The notes beneath the pieces are model-generated. The model saw nothing but the letters and a program-made list of their open reading frames with translations. It searched no databases and was not told the DNA's origin. Positions 33,645 through 45,649 of a stretch of DNA of 64,000 nucleotides are shown here, in pieces. Origin of the DNA: Macrostomum hystrix (lineage: Eukaryota; Animalia; Platyhelminthes); the NCBI GenBank assembly GCA_950097015.1, contig CATNEN010000037.1:4154001-4218000 (forward strand). The letters run 5' to 3'. Every line of letters starts with the position of its first letter. The stretch's first letter is position 1. A program made the position numbers and the translations under genes.

Positions 33645-33988
33645 AGTTCAAATCACCACACCACCACACCAGGGTGACCTTGGAATCCCAAGCTGGAATT
33701 ATAAACTCACACCAGCACACCAGGGTGACCTTGGAATCCCAAGCTGGAATTATAAACTCACACCAGCACACCAGGGTGACCTTGGAATCCCCAGCTGGAA
33801 TTATAAACTCACACCAGCACACCAGGGTGACCTTGGAATCCCCAGCTGGAATTATAAACTCACACCAGCACACCAGGGTGACCTTGAAATCCCCAGCTGG
33901 AATTATAAACTCACACCAGCACACCAGGGTGATCTTGGAATCCCCAGCTGGAATTATAAACTCACACCACCACACCAGGGTGACCTTC
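33645..33988. repeat. 51-bp minisatellite (caccagggtgaccttggaatcccaagctggaattataaactcacaccagca)n
   Basis: About 6.5 copies. Confidence 0.95.
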
Positions 33989-34491
33989 AAATAAGTTAGT
34001 GTCTTCGGCAGGCAAGCCAGGAAACCAAGTGCAAATCAGGGACACTCGTGTTTTTAAGTTGTCCTTGATGTAAATGGATTTCTTGCGAGCTAATTGGGAT
34101 AATCCCTCATTTCTGAGCCAAAGTAAATGGAAGATAAGAGAAACAATGCATGTAAAGCTTTAATAAACGTATTTTTGTACAGGGCTTAATAGAATTTCCG
34201 AGGTTTCAATCAAGAAGCCTTCACTCGTTAATTGATGGAGAAAGTGTTAGTTCAGTTTCAGGCACATCTCTTTCCAGAAAAATTTACTCTATCTGAAGGT
34301 TATTATTACCAACGTTGGTTAGTTAATGCTGTGGGGTAAAAAGCTAAATCGATCAGCAATCAATTGAAGCACACCAACTTTATTGTAAACACGAAGAAGA
34401 GAACAATGAAGAATTCGTAGAGATTCAGTTTGCCAAGAAAAATTAGCACTGATAAGTTGATCCAGGACAGATATCAGGGCTCCAGACTGAA

Positions 34492-34980
34492 CTACTTCTT
34501 GACCGGCGGCGGCACAACAGTAGTTGGCACGTGACTGTGGTGCAGCACATAGTCCGACACGGAGCCAAGGAAGGTGCGCCGCATTGTGCCTAGGCCACGG
34601 CAGCCCATCACTACCAAGTCGGCAGAAACTTCGTGCACCATGAGGCAGAGTGCCTCGCCCGGATTGGACGACACCCGGCTGTGCAAGTTCACCTGGGACT
34701 CCGGCAGGTCGGGCAGCAGCCGCTTAAGCCAGGAGTCGCGCAATCGCTGCTGCATCTCCTGGATCTCGCGCACCCGCTTGTTCCAGGCCTCCTCGTATTT
34801 GTGGGCGCTGTGGCCTCCGCTGAAGCCCGTGCCTGTGTTGTAGTCGGGCGGGTCCATCACGCTCAGCAGCTGCAGCACATCGCCAGGCTTGGCGAGGTAC
34901 TCGGCATAGTAGGCGAGAGCGTCGTGGCTGTGCTGACTGCCGTCAATGCACAGGGCAACTGTGCGCTGTCTGGTAGACAT
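34492..34980 (-). CDS. Universal stress protein (UspA/PF00582 family), single exon, 162 aa
   Basis: RTVALCIDGSQHSHDAL, GEALC, ADLVVMGCRGLGTMRRTFLGSVSDYVLHHSHVPTTVVP. AATAAA about 110 nt after the stop. Confidence 0.95.
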   Translation of the reverse strand: MSTRQRTVALCIDGSQHSHDALAYYAEYLAKPGDVLQLLSVMDPPDYNTGTGFSGGHSAHKYEEAWNKRVREIQEMQQRLRDSWLKRLLPDLPESQVNLHSRVSSNPGEALCLMVHEVSADLVVMGCRGLGTMRRTFLGSVSDYVLHHSHVPTTVVPPPVKK

Positions 34981-35561
34981 TGTTTTTGTTTTCGGGCGTA
35001 TAAAACAGAGCTATAGTAGGTGCCGGCAGTGCTGCGACCTATTTATGCTCGCTATTTTTCTTCACGGTGTATCGAATTGCGTGCGAACCCAAAGGGTTTC
35101 TTATACACAATTTATTCTGCTCACTCACTGCTGCTGTCCGTGCGGTACAGTTTGGAGTTGTCCGAGGGAGCTGAAGAGAATAATAGTATGGCTGTTTTGC
35201 TCATGCCAGGAGCACGCAGTGAAACTGCCAGCGGGGTGGTTTCCGCAGATTGCTATTTAGCTGCACATACCATTCGCCCTTAGATTGACCCTAATATATT
35301 GTATTGCAGCTGCAGCAGCATTTGTAGCACCTGACCAGCACCTCAAGCTTCCATTTGGCTTCTAATGGACAGCGGTGCTGTCCTCCACCTACTAATTCCA
35401 GGTGTCTTTCGTATTTTGGTCACAGACAACTGCAGTTGTTCTAAAGAAAATATCAAATTTTATAAAGCAAACCGCCAATACCGAGCATGCATAGAATGGC
35501 TTCTAATGAGTCGCACTGCACGCTTGAAAATGCTTTAAAATGTGGCGTGGCAGGTTTCGGC

Positions 35562-36234
35562 ATGGATGAATGAATAGAATGGATTGCTATTCTGGCTCTG
35601 CCTATTTTCGTTTTTGACTCTTTTGCATCCGGTTCCCCCCCGTGCCTTTTCATTGGTTGATGATTGCCATAGACAATTTTCGGCCTTCGCCCCTTTCTTT
35701 CGATGCACAAGCGCAAAGAACTGAGAATGTCGGTTACTTGCAGAGATTATCGAGCGCTCGTTATTCTCTGGTTACTTGTTTGTCAATTGAAGTTGTTAAT
35801 TGAAGCAGAGGAATGATAACAAATCCCCTGCAAATTACAACAGTAATGATTTCAGATTTTCATGTCGAGGGTGATGATGAGGGTGCGATGACAATGCTAC
35901 AATAATGGATTACTGGCGATGCTTTATCTGAATTTTACTATTGGAGTTATGAAATTGGTTTTAAAGTTCTATTTCAACACAAGTAACTTCTATTTCGCTC
36001 AGAACTCTCCCGGCCTAAGTAAGTAAGTTCAGTTTCATCATCGAGGGAGTATACCTTTGTGTGTGCCCTTTTAGTAAGTTCTATTTCTTCAGCGACACAT
36101 CAAAACTTGTGGTACATCAATTGTCTATGGCAATCATCAACCAATGAAAAGGCACGGGGGGAACCGGATGCAAAAGAGTCAAAAACGAAAATAGGCAGAG
36201 CCAGAATAGCAATCCATTCTATTCATTCATCCAC
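35562..36234. mobile_element. Mutator-like (MULE/foldback) non-autonomous element
   Basis: About 115-bp inverted repeats 35563-35678 / 36119-36233, identical except one homopolymer length. Flanking direct repeat ggtttcggc (35553-35561 / 36236-36244), consistent with a 9-10-bp TSD. Confidence 0.7.
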
Positions 36235-36665
36235 GGGTTTCGGCTTTATTATCATTTTTCCAAAAAGGTGATGTGTTCACGAAAGATTATCCGGTAAAGA
36301 TGAGCCTGGAATCAGATTGAAAAGTAAAACCACGTTTTGTCTTTTTGTCTGCATGAGAACAGAGCTAGCTTTTCTGACTGTTAATTTATATCATTTCGCA
36401 AGTCGCTTCACAGATAGGAATATAACCAGCTTTGTGTCTTTATTTGCTTCATTTGTAAATTGTAACCAATAATGACATAACCATTGTGTTTTCTAACATC
36501 TTATATCAGTTACGGCTCGTACTTCATATATAATCACATTTTATCTTACGACCATTTCATATAGTATTTTTTACAAGAAATTTCAATATAAAAGCAAATA
36601 AGAGCTGCAAAAATAATGAGTAGGCATGAGTAGGCACACAAATATACTCATTGTTGTATTTAATA

Positions 36666-37732
36666 TTGGTTTTCAACTTCTATTTCAAACTAAGTAACTT
36701 CTATTTCGGCTCTTCAGCACAGCGATTTGTGTTTGCCTCCGCTCTGTGAAATACGGACTTTGTCCTTGCCTTTGATCTTCGCCGACGCCGCCACCGACTC
36801 CGCCGCAGTGGAATTATATTGGTTTTCAACTTCTATTTCAAACTAAGTAACTTCTATTTCGCCCGGCTGCTCTCCGGCTGGCGTTAGTAACTTTAATTTC
36901 GTCCGCGAGGCCGGCCTGCCCAAGTAAGGGTAAATCAATTTCACAAAAAGTAACTTCTATTTCGTCTTGCATTTTTTTCATCCGGCTTCAAACATTTATA
37001 TAGGCCATGATGGGCCTGTCACTTTTAATATTAATATTTATTTTTGACCGTGTCAGGCAAGACAATGGAGGACTTCCATTGTCAGAAGAAAGTCAGAACG
37101 CGTAATGATGGATCGAGCCGTTTGCTTGTTGATCCCCAACTGGACAGCAAGCTGCAGCCAGTCAGCATTTTCTTCAAATGCAGAGGTCAGGTGCTGGCGG
37201 TCTGTTTGGGGACACCTTTCCGTAATTTCCGCGAGGCATTTCTGTGACTTGAACAAAGTTGTGTGACATGATTGAGAGAGAGATCTCGTTCCCAATATAT
37301 ATTAATATTATTAAATATTATAATAAGATTGGGGCTTCAAGAGCGGCTGGATGTGAAAGTGTCGGCGCTATCCATATCATCCAATTAGCTGAATTTATTG
37401 CGTTTCTGCGCTATAGGGTCATAAATACACAGGGCCATAAATCTCTCGACACTCGAAAGAAAATTATTGTAATTCCACTGCGGCGGAGTCGGTGGCGGCG
37501 TCGGCGAAGATCGAAGGCAAGGACAAAGTCCGTATTTCACAGAGCCGACGCAAACACAAATCGCTGTGCTGAAGAGACGAAATAGATGTTACTTTTTGTG
37601 AAATTGATTTACCCTAACTTGGGCAGGCCGGCTCGCGGACGAAATTAAAGTTACTAATCGGGTACACACGAGCACCCCCTTCCCGCGGGCGAAATTGAAG
37701 TTACTTAGTTTGAAATAGAAGTTGAAAACCAA
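36666..37732 (-). mobile_element. Degenerate IS630-Tc1-mariner-like element with duplicated end
   Basis: TIR ttggttttcaacttctatttcaaactaagtaacttc at 36666 and 36819 and inverted ending at 37732, each flanked by TA. Internal minus frame DRQHLTSAFEENADWLQLAVQLGINKQTARSII looks like a transposase N-terminal HTH. Confidence 0.65.
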
Positions 37733-38177
37733 TACATGCATACATGCAATACGGACTTGATAATCATAATCAAAACAGCTAGATTGCGAGAAGGAAGTTG
37801 CAAAGACTGTATGGACAACTTTCTATCCATAGACATTGAAGCGGAATGAATGTGCATACACAGAAAACTCTATGCTTTATCTCTCCTATCTCTCCCTCGC
37901 GGTCCAGTGTACGTTCATGCCAGCTTTGGCGGGGGTGGGTTTGTGGGAGTTAATGTACATTGAATTTAGAGAGACGAAATAAGAGAGGGTTTGAAAGAGG
38001 CGTGCGGGTGAACCCTTAAATTCTGCTGAATAAGAACCACGCTTGTTTTAGCTGGCCCGAACTCCAAGCTTTGCTGTCAAATATAATAAGCGCCACTCTG
38101 TGCAAATTTGGATAACTAGTTACTTAACCTAAGCCTAGGCCACAGCTCTTCAATTTGTAAGTAAGCATTCACGCCGG

Positions 38178-38384
38178 ATGGACCAGATCACCGAGTTTGT
38201 AGCGCCCGCGCGCCAGTTTGTCAAGGACTCCATTCGACTGGTAAATCGCTGCACGAAGCCCGACCGGCGGGAGTTCCAGAAGATTGCTGCCGCCACTGCA
38301 ATCGGATTTGCCATCATGGGATTCATCGGCTTTTTCGTTAAGCTGATCCACATCCCGATCAACAACATCATCGTTGGATCCTAA
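38178..38384 (+). CDS. SEC61G: Protein transport protein Sec61 subunit gamma, 68 aa, intronless CDS
   Basis: [62 protein letters not shown], near-canonical. AATAAA at about 38511. Confidence 0.98.
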   Translation: MDQITEFVAPARQFVKDSIRLVNRCTKPDRREFQKIAAATAIGFAIMGFIGFFVKLIHIPINNIIVGS

Positions 38385-39699
38385 CAATTTAATTCTGATT
38401 TAGCTCATCAGACTTGAATTTTCTGTTTCTTGACCTATGACTATGCTGTTTTATAGATAACTTTTGATAGTCATGTTGTGAATTGCTTGTTCCGCGTGAC
38501 TAACCTGCATTAATAAAAAGATACAAATAATTCAGATTTTTTGTTCATGCAGGTGTATTAAGTTCTAAGTAGACATTAAAAAGTAACAAGAACAAGCACA
38601 ATTTGAATAGCCCGGAGGTGCATTAATTACCTTGCTAACTAGCTATACTTGTTCGTTATAGTTAAATTGGAAAGTTTTTTGTTGCATGAGGGCAAAATCC
38701 AAAATAAGGCAACTAAATAGCTCTTAAAATAAAAATAGCAGCCCTATTGCGTTTCTGCGCTTGCTGTTTATTGTTTAACACATTTTGATTTCGATACCAG
38801 GTCTCTACTCGTTAGGCGAGGTTTTGCGCTGTAACGATTTCGTTTGCTATGTTATAAAAAGTACCGGATGCCATTTGTGCTACTCAATAAACCATGGTGA
38901 TACCAATACCAAAGTTATTGGTTAATCTGAAGTAATAGTCAGTATTTTTAAGGCTCTGAATTTCAGTTTTATTTCAGTTGAACTAACTAAAGTCATGTCA
39001 CAGAAAAGTTTTCCCACTGAAGTGACGTGATTTGTATATCTTGTGATTTGCACAAGAAGTGACAAAAGAATGAGCACATACAAGCTAAATAATATAATTG
39101 GAACTTACTTAATAATTAGTTGCAATACTTTTATTCGTCAAAGTAAAAGAAACTTTATTAATGGGCAGAGGCTTCATTTTCTCAAATCCACCAAGATTTT
39201 GCATTGCTACCATTTGCCTAATAGTTAGATTTCAGGATTGGATAATGGGACAGTGAGCTTTATAAACTTAGAACGCGTGCTCTCACTTTTTTTCAGAAAC
39301 GATTTAGATCACGCAGCGTAGAGCAGTGCTCGGCCCCTGCGATTGGAAGCTCCGGCTTAAAACGATAAAATAAAATATAACAAAATGTTTCTTTTTTTGT
39401 AGTCTATTTAAACATATGAAAATATATACCTTACATCTGTATTTCTTCATAATTACTTTTATTAGCCTTAAAAGCTCTTAGGCACAATATAAATAACTTA
39501 AAAAAACACTTTTGTTTCTAAGAAAGATGCCGTACCGATGATTTGACGCCATTGACGGCAATAGAAAACTTAGTTTTTTTGTTCTCAAAAAACATTTTTA
39601 ATAAAACTTCCAGATCGCGTCTAGTTATATGTTTGAAATGGAGCTCTTCGATTCTTGGCATTAGCTTTTGGCTTGTTTTTTTCAGGTAGAAGCTACGCT

Positions 39700-41112
39700 A
39701 TGGGTGCCCAAAATGCAAAGCCTGAGAAAATTGAAAGGAAAAACATAGCTCATAATGCATATACAAATTATGCTTCAGGTCAAAGTTTTTCTGATCTCAG
39801 TCAAAACAGTAGTTTTCTGCGCAGCAGCAGCACTAACGAAGGTATGAAAAGTATATGTTTACTATGTGTATATATAGTTGTTGCTAGTTGTTGCTGTGCT
39901 ATATTTTATAATTAACAAAAAATTGATGTCTTTGGCGATCCTGCACTTTTCCGCTTTTAATTATTTTACAGCTACAATTAAAGCAAAATTTAAAGTAAAA
40001 CATGTCCACTTAGTGTGAGTTCAGACTGTCATTGCAAATGAAGTTAGGCCTAGTACAGATAATATATAATAATGCTGTATCCAGTACAGAATGTTTCCAA
40101 ACAGTTTCTGTGGAAATAGTTGTTGCCAGAGGAACACTGCAAGGTAGCTCTGAAATAGAGCATCTGCTGTGCCATGCATGGCCCTTGGCCTTGCAGTTGG
40201 CTTATGTGCCCTCAATCATATCGGTTTGGATGGTGGCTTAATTTGTGTTTACAAAGTTTATGGAGTCATTCATGGAGTGAAACTTTTGTGGGCGACAAGT
40301 AATGGCAATGAAATAACTATAAGCAGAAAACTGAAATACACTATCTTTTACTAGGTAGTTAGTTTAAGTTAGTTAATTAGTTAACCACTTTAAAACAAAA
40401 CCTGACAATTATCTTGCTGGTTATTCTCTGGATGGTCCAGACTGGACCTAGTTTGATTTTGATCAAGATATAACATAATTTTGTAGCTGTTATATTTGAA
40501 AATGTTTTCTTATAATTTACTAATTGTATTAACACACATTAAAATTATTTTTTCTTTTCTTTTTGTAATTTAAGTATTCAAATATGTGTATACTATTTTT
40601 CTAATCTGTTGATTTAAAAAAAGAAAAATTAACTAGTTTTTGTCTACTTATAAGTGTTTTTTCTTTGATTTGAGTACCAAACCACATTTTTCTATTTTTA
40701 GATGCAAATTATACTTGCAATATATTAATAACTTCTAACATTCTGATTAAATCTTCTAATCTGAGAAGATTAACATCTATAGATTATATTGCATGTGTAT
40801 ATTTTTGTGAGATATTAATTAAATTAGCAGAAACAAAGTTGTCTGCAATCTACATAGTTTAATGACCAGCATATACTATTCCATTGGTATATTGCATGAT
40901 TGTTAACAGTTCTTTTAAATTGTGCAGTTTTGGCACAAAAATTGCTCATTTGTTGCTATCTTTATTGGCATGGCATCTTGTTACTTAACATGCAGAAACA
41001 TACTGAACTATCACACTCAAACTCGCATAGATGGCTCGTCTGGCCAGCAGCCTACAACGTGGCTGTCATTTCAAGATGTGGATGCACAAACTGCTGGTCG
41101 TCAACTTCCACA

Positions 41113-41145
<33 letters not shown>

Positions 41146-44100
41146 ATCTCTAGTAGTTGCTGTGCTAGACTTTGTTGCTAACCGCGATGGTCAGCTGTCT
41201 ATTCGTCGCGGCCAGCAGTTGCGCCTGATATCCAAGAGTGCCCCCGGTGACTGGTCCGAGGTTGAGAGTCCAGTTAGCCGCAGGCACGGCTGGGTGCCTA
41301 CTAATTATGTGGTGCAGCTGAGCGATCTGCATCTATTTACCTGGTACCACGGACAGGTGCGTTTCTGGGGGTATAAGGCTTTAAAGTCTGAGAGTTTGGT
41401 ATAGATGATGACAAGCTTTTCGCATATAAGTTAGATTTACAGACAGAGGGTCAGTGGCAGAGCGATATAACGTGTTTGCCTCTTGCACCAAGGTCCATGA
41501 GCTCGATTCCGTGGTGAGACAACATTAATTTGGGGGCGCAGCCGCAGAGAAAAGACTTGAGGGCTTGTCGTGCAATTTACGCACACGAGGGTCAGCCTCC
41601 AAGGCACAGTGTGAAAGTGTACACTGCTTGATGATGAGAAAGTCAGGGCAGATGTACACACCTGTGTGAGTGCCAGAGCCCACAGCCCGCCTGTAAATAT
41701 TATTATTAGATCAGTGGTATAGCCACAGCTATTGCGCTGCACATTTAAAGGCTGCTCCGTCCTTGGAGTGAAAGTTTGCGCGTTTATTCCAATCCAATTT
41801 AATATCAATTTACATTTCGTTTACATTAAGTATAATTGATGTCTTGCACAGAAGCAAAGGGGATATCAACTTAAGGCTCTAGATTAGAGCTCGAAGCTCA
41901 TCTAACCACAGTCCTTCCCATCGTACCCTGGGGGATAAATGGGATAGAATTCGAACTCCCGACCTCTCGTTTAGCAGTCCAAAGCTTAAATCTCTGGGTT
42001 ACACGGGCAAACAGCAGCTTGAAATGCGACTTATGTTGCTGTCAAATTTTAAATTTCCTATCGTGTACCAGCGCACCCTAATCGATTTTTCCAGGTGAGC
42101 AGACGCACAGCCGAATACCTGCTCAGATCCGGCATCAACGGCAGCTTCTTAGTTCGCGACAGCGAGTCCCAGCCTGGCCAGCTGAGTGTCAGCGTTCGGT
42201 GCAATGGCCGCGTGTTTCACTACCGGATTAACCGCAGCCCCGATGGCGGCTATTTTGTCACAGCCGAGCACGCTTTCCCCAGCCTGTGCCAGCTGGTGCA
42301 GCATCACGCTGTTCAGGCTGACGGCATCGTCTGTCTGCTGCTCTATCCGGCGCCGAAGCGTTGGCGGACGAACAATTTCCAGGTGAGCGAGTTGAAGGGA
42401 GACAGTGCTATGTTTCTCTTTGGATAAAATTGGTTATTAGAAATGCAACTCTCTTAATATGCTTGCAGGCCGGCAGCGAAGACATCTGGGAGGTGGAGCG
42501 TACGGAGCTGCTGATGCAGCAGAAGCTGGGCGCCGGTCAGTACGGCGACGTCTACCAGGCTGTGTGGAAGCGCTGCGGCAACCTCACCGTGGCCGTGAAG
42601 ACCGTGAAGGTGAGAGAGGAGGGAACCAGATTGAGCTCAACTAGGCTCAACTAGGCTCAACTAGCCGTCAATGATTTAAGCACCTATTTGCTCGTGATGG
42701 CATCTCTAGATCAACAATCAATTGCTCTCTTCTAGGAGGACATGTCTACCAAGGTCAACGATTTCCTTGCCGAGGCTCACATTATGAAGCATTTGAGGCA
42801 TCCCAATCTGCTGCAGATTCTAGGTAAGTTTCTTCAGGTGGCGGACCAGCCTGATGTCTGATTGGTGGGGTAGGTGGCGGACCAGCCTGATGTCTGATTA
42901 GTGGGGTAGGTGGCGGACCAGCCTGATGTCTGATTGGTGGGGTAGGTGGCGGACCAGCCTGATGTCTGATTGGTGGGGTAGGTGGCGGACCAGCCTGATG
43001 TCTGATTGGTGGGGTAGGTGGCGGACCAGCCTGATGTCTGATTGGTGGGGTAGGTGGCGGACCAAGCATTCGCACAACCGAGTATTGCGCATTGGCACAC
43101 CCGCAGGCGTGTGCAGCCGAGAGCCGCCCTGTTACATCATCGCCGAGTTCATGCCACACGGCAGCCTGTTGGATTTCCTGCGCAGCCAGCGCAATAACCT
43201 GGCCCCGTACGCCCTGCTGTACATGGCCACGCAGATTGCCGGTGGCATGGCCTACATGGAGACAGAGTCTTATGTGCACAGGGATTTAGCGGCCAGGAAC
43301 TGCCTAGTCGGCCAGGACTGCATTGTGAAGGTAGCTGACTTCGGCCTGACCAGGCGCCTGCAGAACGGCAGTCCTTATGTGGCCAAGCGTGGCGCCAAGT
43401 TTCCTATTAAATGGACAGCGCCGGAGGGCTTGGCCTACAACCAGTTCACAAGCCGGTCGGATGTCTGGTCGTTTGGCGTGCTACTTTGGGAGATTGCCAC
43501 ATTCGGCTGCTCACCTTATCCCAGTGTTGAGCTTACCGACGTCTATAGGCTGCTGGAGCGCGGCTACCGAATGCAGCGGCCGGCTGACTGTCCGGACAGC
43601 GTCTATCAGCTGATGCTGGCCTGCTGGCACTGGCAGGCTGAGCAAAGGCCACCTTTCTCCGAGCTGCACACTCGTCTGAAAGCTATCTGCGATAGCGGAG
43701 TCACTGGTGAGCGGGGCAGACAGGATAGGGACTGCGAGCGACACGTACAAGGACAGGGTGGAGCTATGGATAGAACAGGGCGGAGCTATGGATAGAACAG
43801 GGGCGGAGCTATGGATAGAACAGGGGCGGAGCTATGGATAGAACAGGGGCGGAGCTATGGATAGAACAGGGGCGGAGCTATGAACAGGGGCGGAGGTACG
43901 GATAGAACAGGGTCGGAGCTATGAATAGAACAGGGCGGAGCTATGGATAGAACAGGGGCGGAGGTACGGATAGAACAGGGCGGAGCTATGGATAGAACAG
44001 GGCGGAGCTATGGATAGAACAGGGGCGGAGCTATGGATAGAACAGGGGCGGAGGTACGGATAGAAAAGCGGCGAAACTAAGCATTGAACAGATTCGCCGG

Positions 44101-45259
44101 ATTTTACTAGATTGCAGGCATTGTGTAACTCTTCTTATCTTGTTACTAGACTCCACAAGTAGAAAACCTTTTTGCTGTTTAAGATCTTGACGACCCATCT
44201 GTGCAGCAACAGAAGCAGCAGCAGCCGCATCACGCCAATGGTGGATTAAGCTTTGCCGCATCGAGCTCCACGGACTGCGAGTTCTTTCCACCGCCTCCAC
44301 CGCCGCCGCTTCAGCAGCAACAGCAGCAACAACAGTATCCACCATATCCGCAGCAGTCGCAGTATCCAACCCAGCTTCAGCTGCAGTATCCGCAACAGCA
44401 GCTTCAGCCGCTTGGTGTTGCGTCAAGTGCGTTGATTTCGCCATTTTCACCTAAATATTTTTGCACATCATTTTCTAGTAATTTTACCCCGCGATACAAT
44501 TTTATGTCAGCTATCGCACTCTGCCAGTGGCTCACTGTATACTCCAATGTCTCACTGTCTACTCCAATGTCTCAATGTCTATCCAATGTCTCACTGTCTA
44601 CTCCAATGTCTCACTGTCTATCCAATGTCTCACTGTCTACTCCAATGTCTCACTGTCTATCCAATGTCTCACTGTCTACTTCAATATCTCACTGTCTATC
44701 CAATGTCTCACTGTCTACTCCAATGTCTTATTGTCTACTCCAATGTCTCACTGTCTATCCAATGTCTCACTGTCAACAAACTTTACTCTGGTTTCTTCAC
44801 TATTAACCCCCGGCTCATAAATTGGAACATTTTTAAAAGCCTTCCGTTTTGACAATTCGCGCTCTGCCAGCTTCTCCGCTGCCGCCGCTAACCGGCAGCC
44901 GGTCAAAGCCGGCATCTTCAGTCTCCTCCGCCTCCTCGGCGCCCCAGCCGCCCAGGAGAGCCCCGATTGGTCCGGGCCGCTCCGAGGCCTCGCCGGAGGG
45001 CAGCAGCGAGTCGAACACATCGTCGCGCGAGTCTCTAAATTGTCCAGCCGCGCCAGCCATCAGCGCCAACAATGCTACTCAGAGTAGTCACAATAGTTTC
45101 TTTAGCAATGGAATTAGTCATCACCGGCTAGGCGGCGTTGGCAACGGGCGCGGCCCCACCCTGGCAACAGTGGCCCCGCCGGCTTCGGCCAGCGACCCCA
45201 ACCTGCTCGTTGTTCGCCTGCCTCCGCCAGCTGGCAGGGGCGCCGCTTGCGGCAATTGA
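39700..45259 (+). CDS. ABL1: Abl-family non-receptor tyrosine kinase (myristoylation site, SH3, SH2, kinase, Pro/Gln-rich tail)
   Basis: Exons 39700-39841 (MGAQNAK), 41031-41356 (SH3), 42095-42382 (SH2, GSFLVRDS), 42469-42609, 42736-42823, 43107-43706 ([23 protein letters not shown]), 44184-about 44426. A last exon at about 44840-45259 is less certain (phase mismatch). Confidence 0.93.
40050..40285 (-). mobile_element. Degenerate Merlin transposase fragment in Abl intron 1
   Basis: HSINFVN...TDMIEGT*AH / [23 protein letters not shown], homologous to the fragment at about 490-640. Confidence 0.65.
41452..41690 (+). mobile_element. tRNA-derived SINE, family A copy 3 (Abl intron 2)
   Basis: Reverse-complement match to 4290-4560 (gagctcgattccgtgg ... 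cttgtcgtgcaattt ... aaagtcagggcagatgtac). Confidence 0.7.
42836..43064. repeat. 36-bp minisatellite (ggtggcggaccagcctgatgtctgattggtggggta)n in an Abl intron
   Basis: About 6 copies filling most of a 283-nt intron. Confidence 0.95.
43758..44063. repeat. 22-23-bp minisatellite (ggagctatggatagaacaggggc)n in an Abl intron
   Basis: About 13 copies. Confidence 0.95.
44528..44775. repeat. 19/20-bp minisatellite (ccaatgtctcactgtcta(c)t)n
   Basis: About 13 copies. Confidence 0.93.
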
Positions 45260-45649
45260 CTATTGAAATATTTGATGAGACACTGTTCATTGACCAAGCG
45301 TGATCTGCTGTACTACTCCTGTCTGAGCATGTCTTCCCTGCAGCGGCCACCTTTTATTTGCAGCTCCACAATTATGCGATTTCTGTGCTCGTTCTGGATC
45401 GATTACTTCTGAATCGAGTATTGGCGATTATGTTATGTACTCTTACATCTGTACTTCTTGAAATATCACCATTCGCTTCTCGGATTGCATGTCCCTAAAT
45501 ATAATCCCACGAGAGTCTCATTATTTCGTACCGACTGCCGACTTTCTCATCGTCCGGCAGTTTTCATGTTGAATCGTTGCACTATAGACAATTATTAGGG
45601 GAGTCTGTGGAACTGGGGTTTTTCTAACCCCACAGCCTTAAGGACTCTC

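Noticed and set aside
23000-34400. Vault RNA or SL RNA gene near MVP
   Set aside because: No sequence with recognisable vtRNA ends plus Pol III A/B boxes, nor an SL exon with Sm site, was seen; an Infernal search would be needed.
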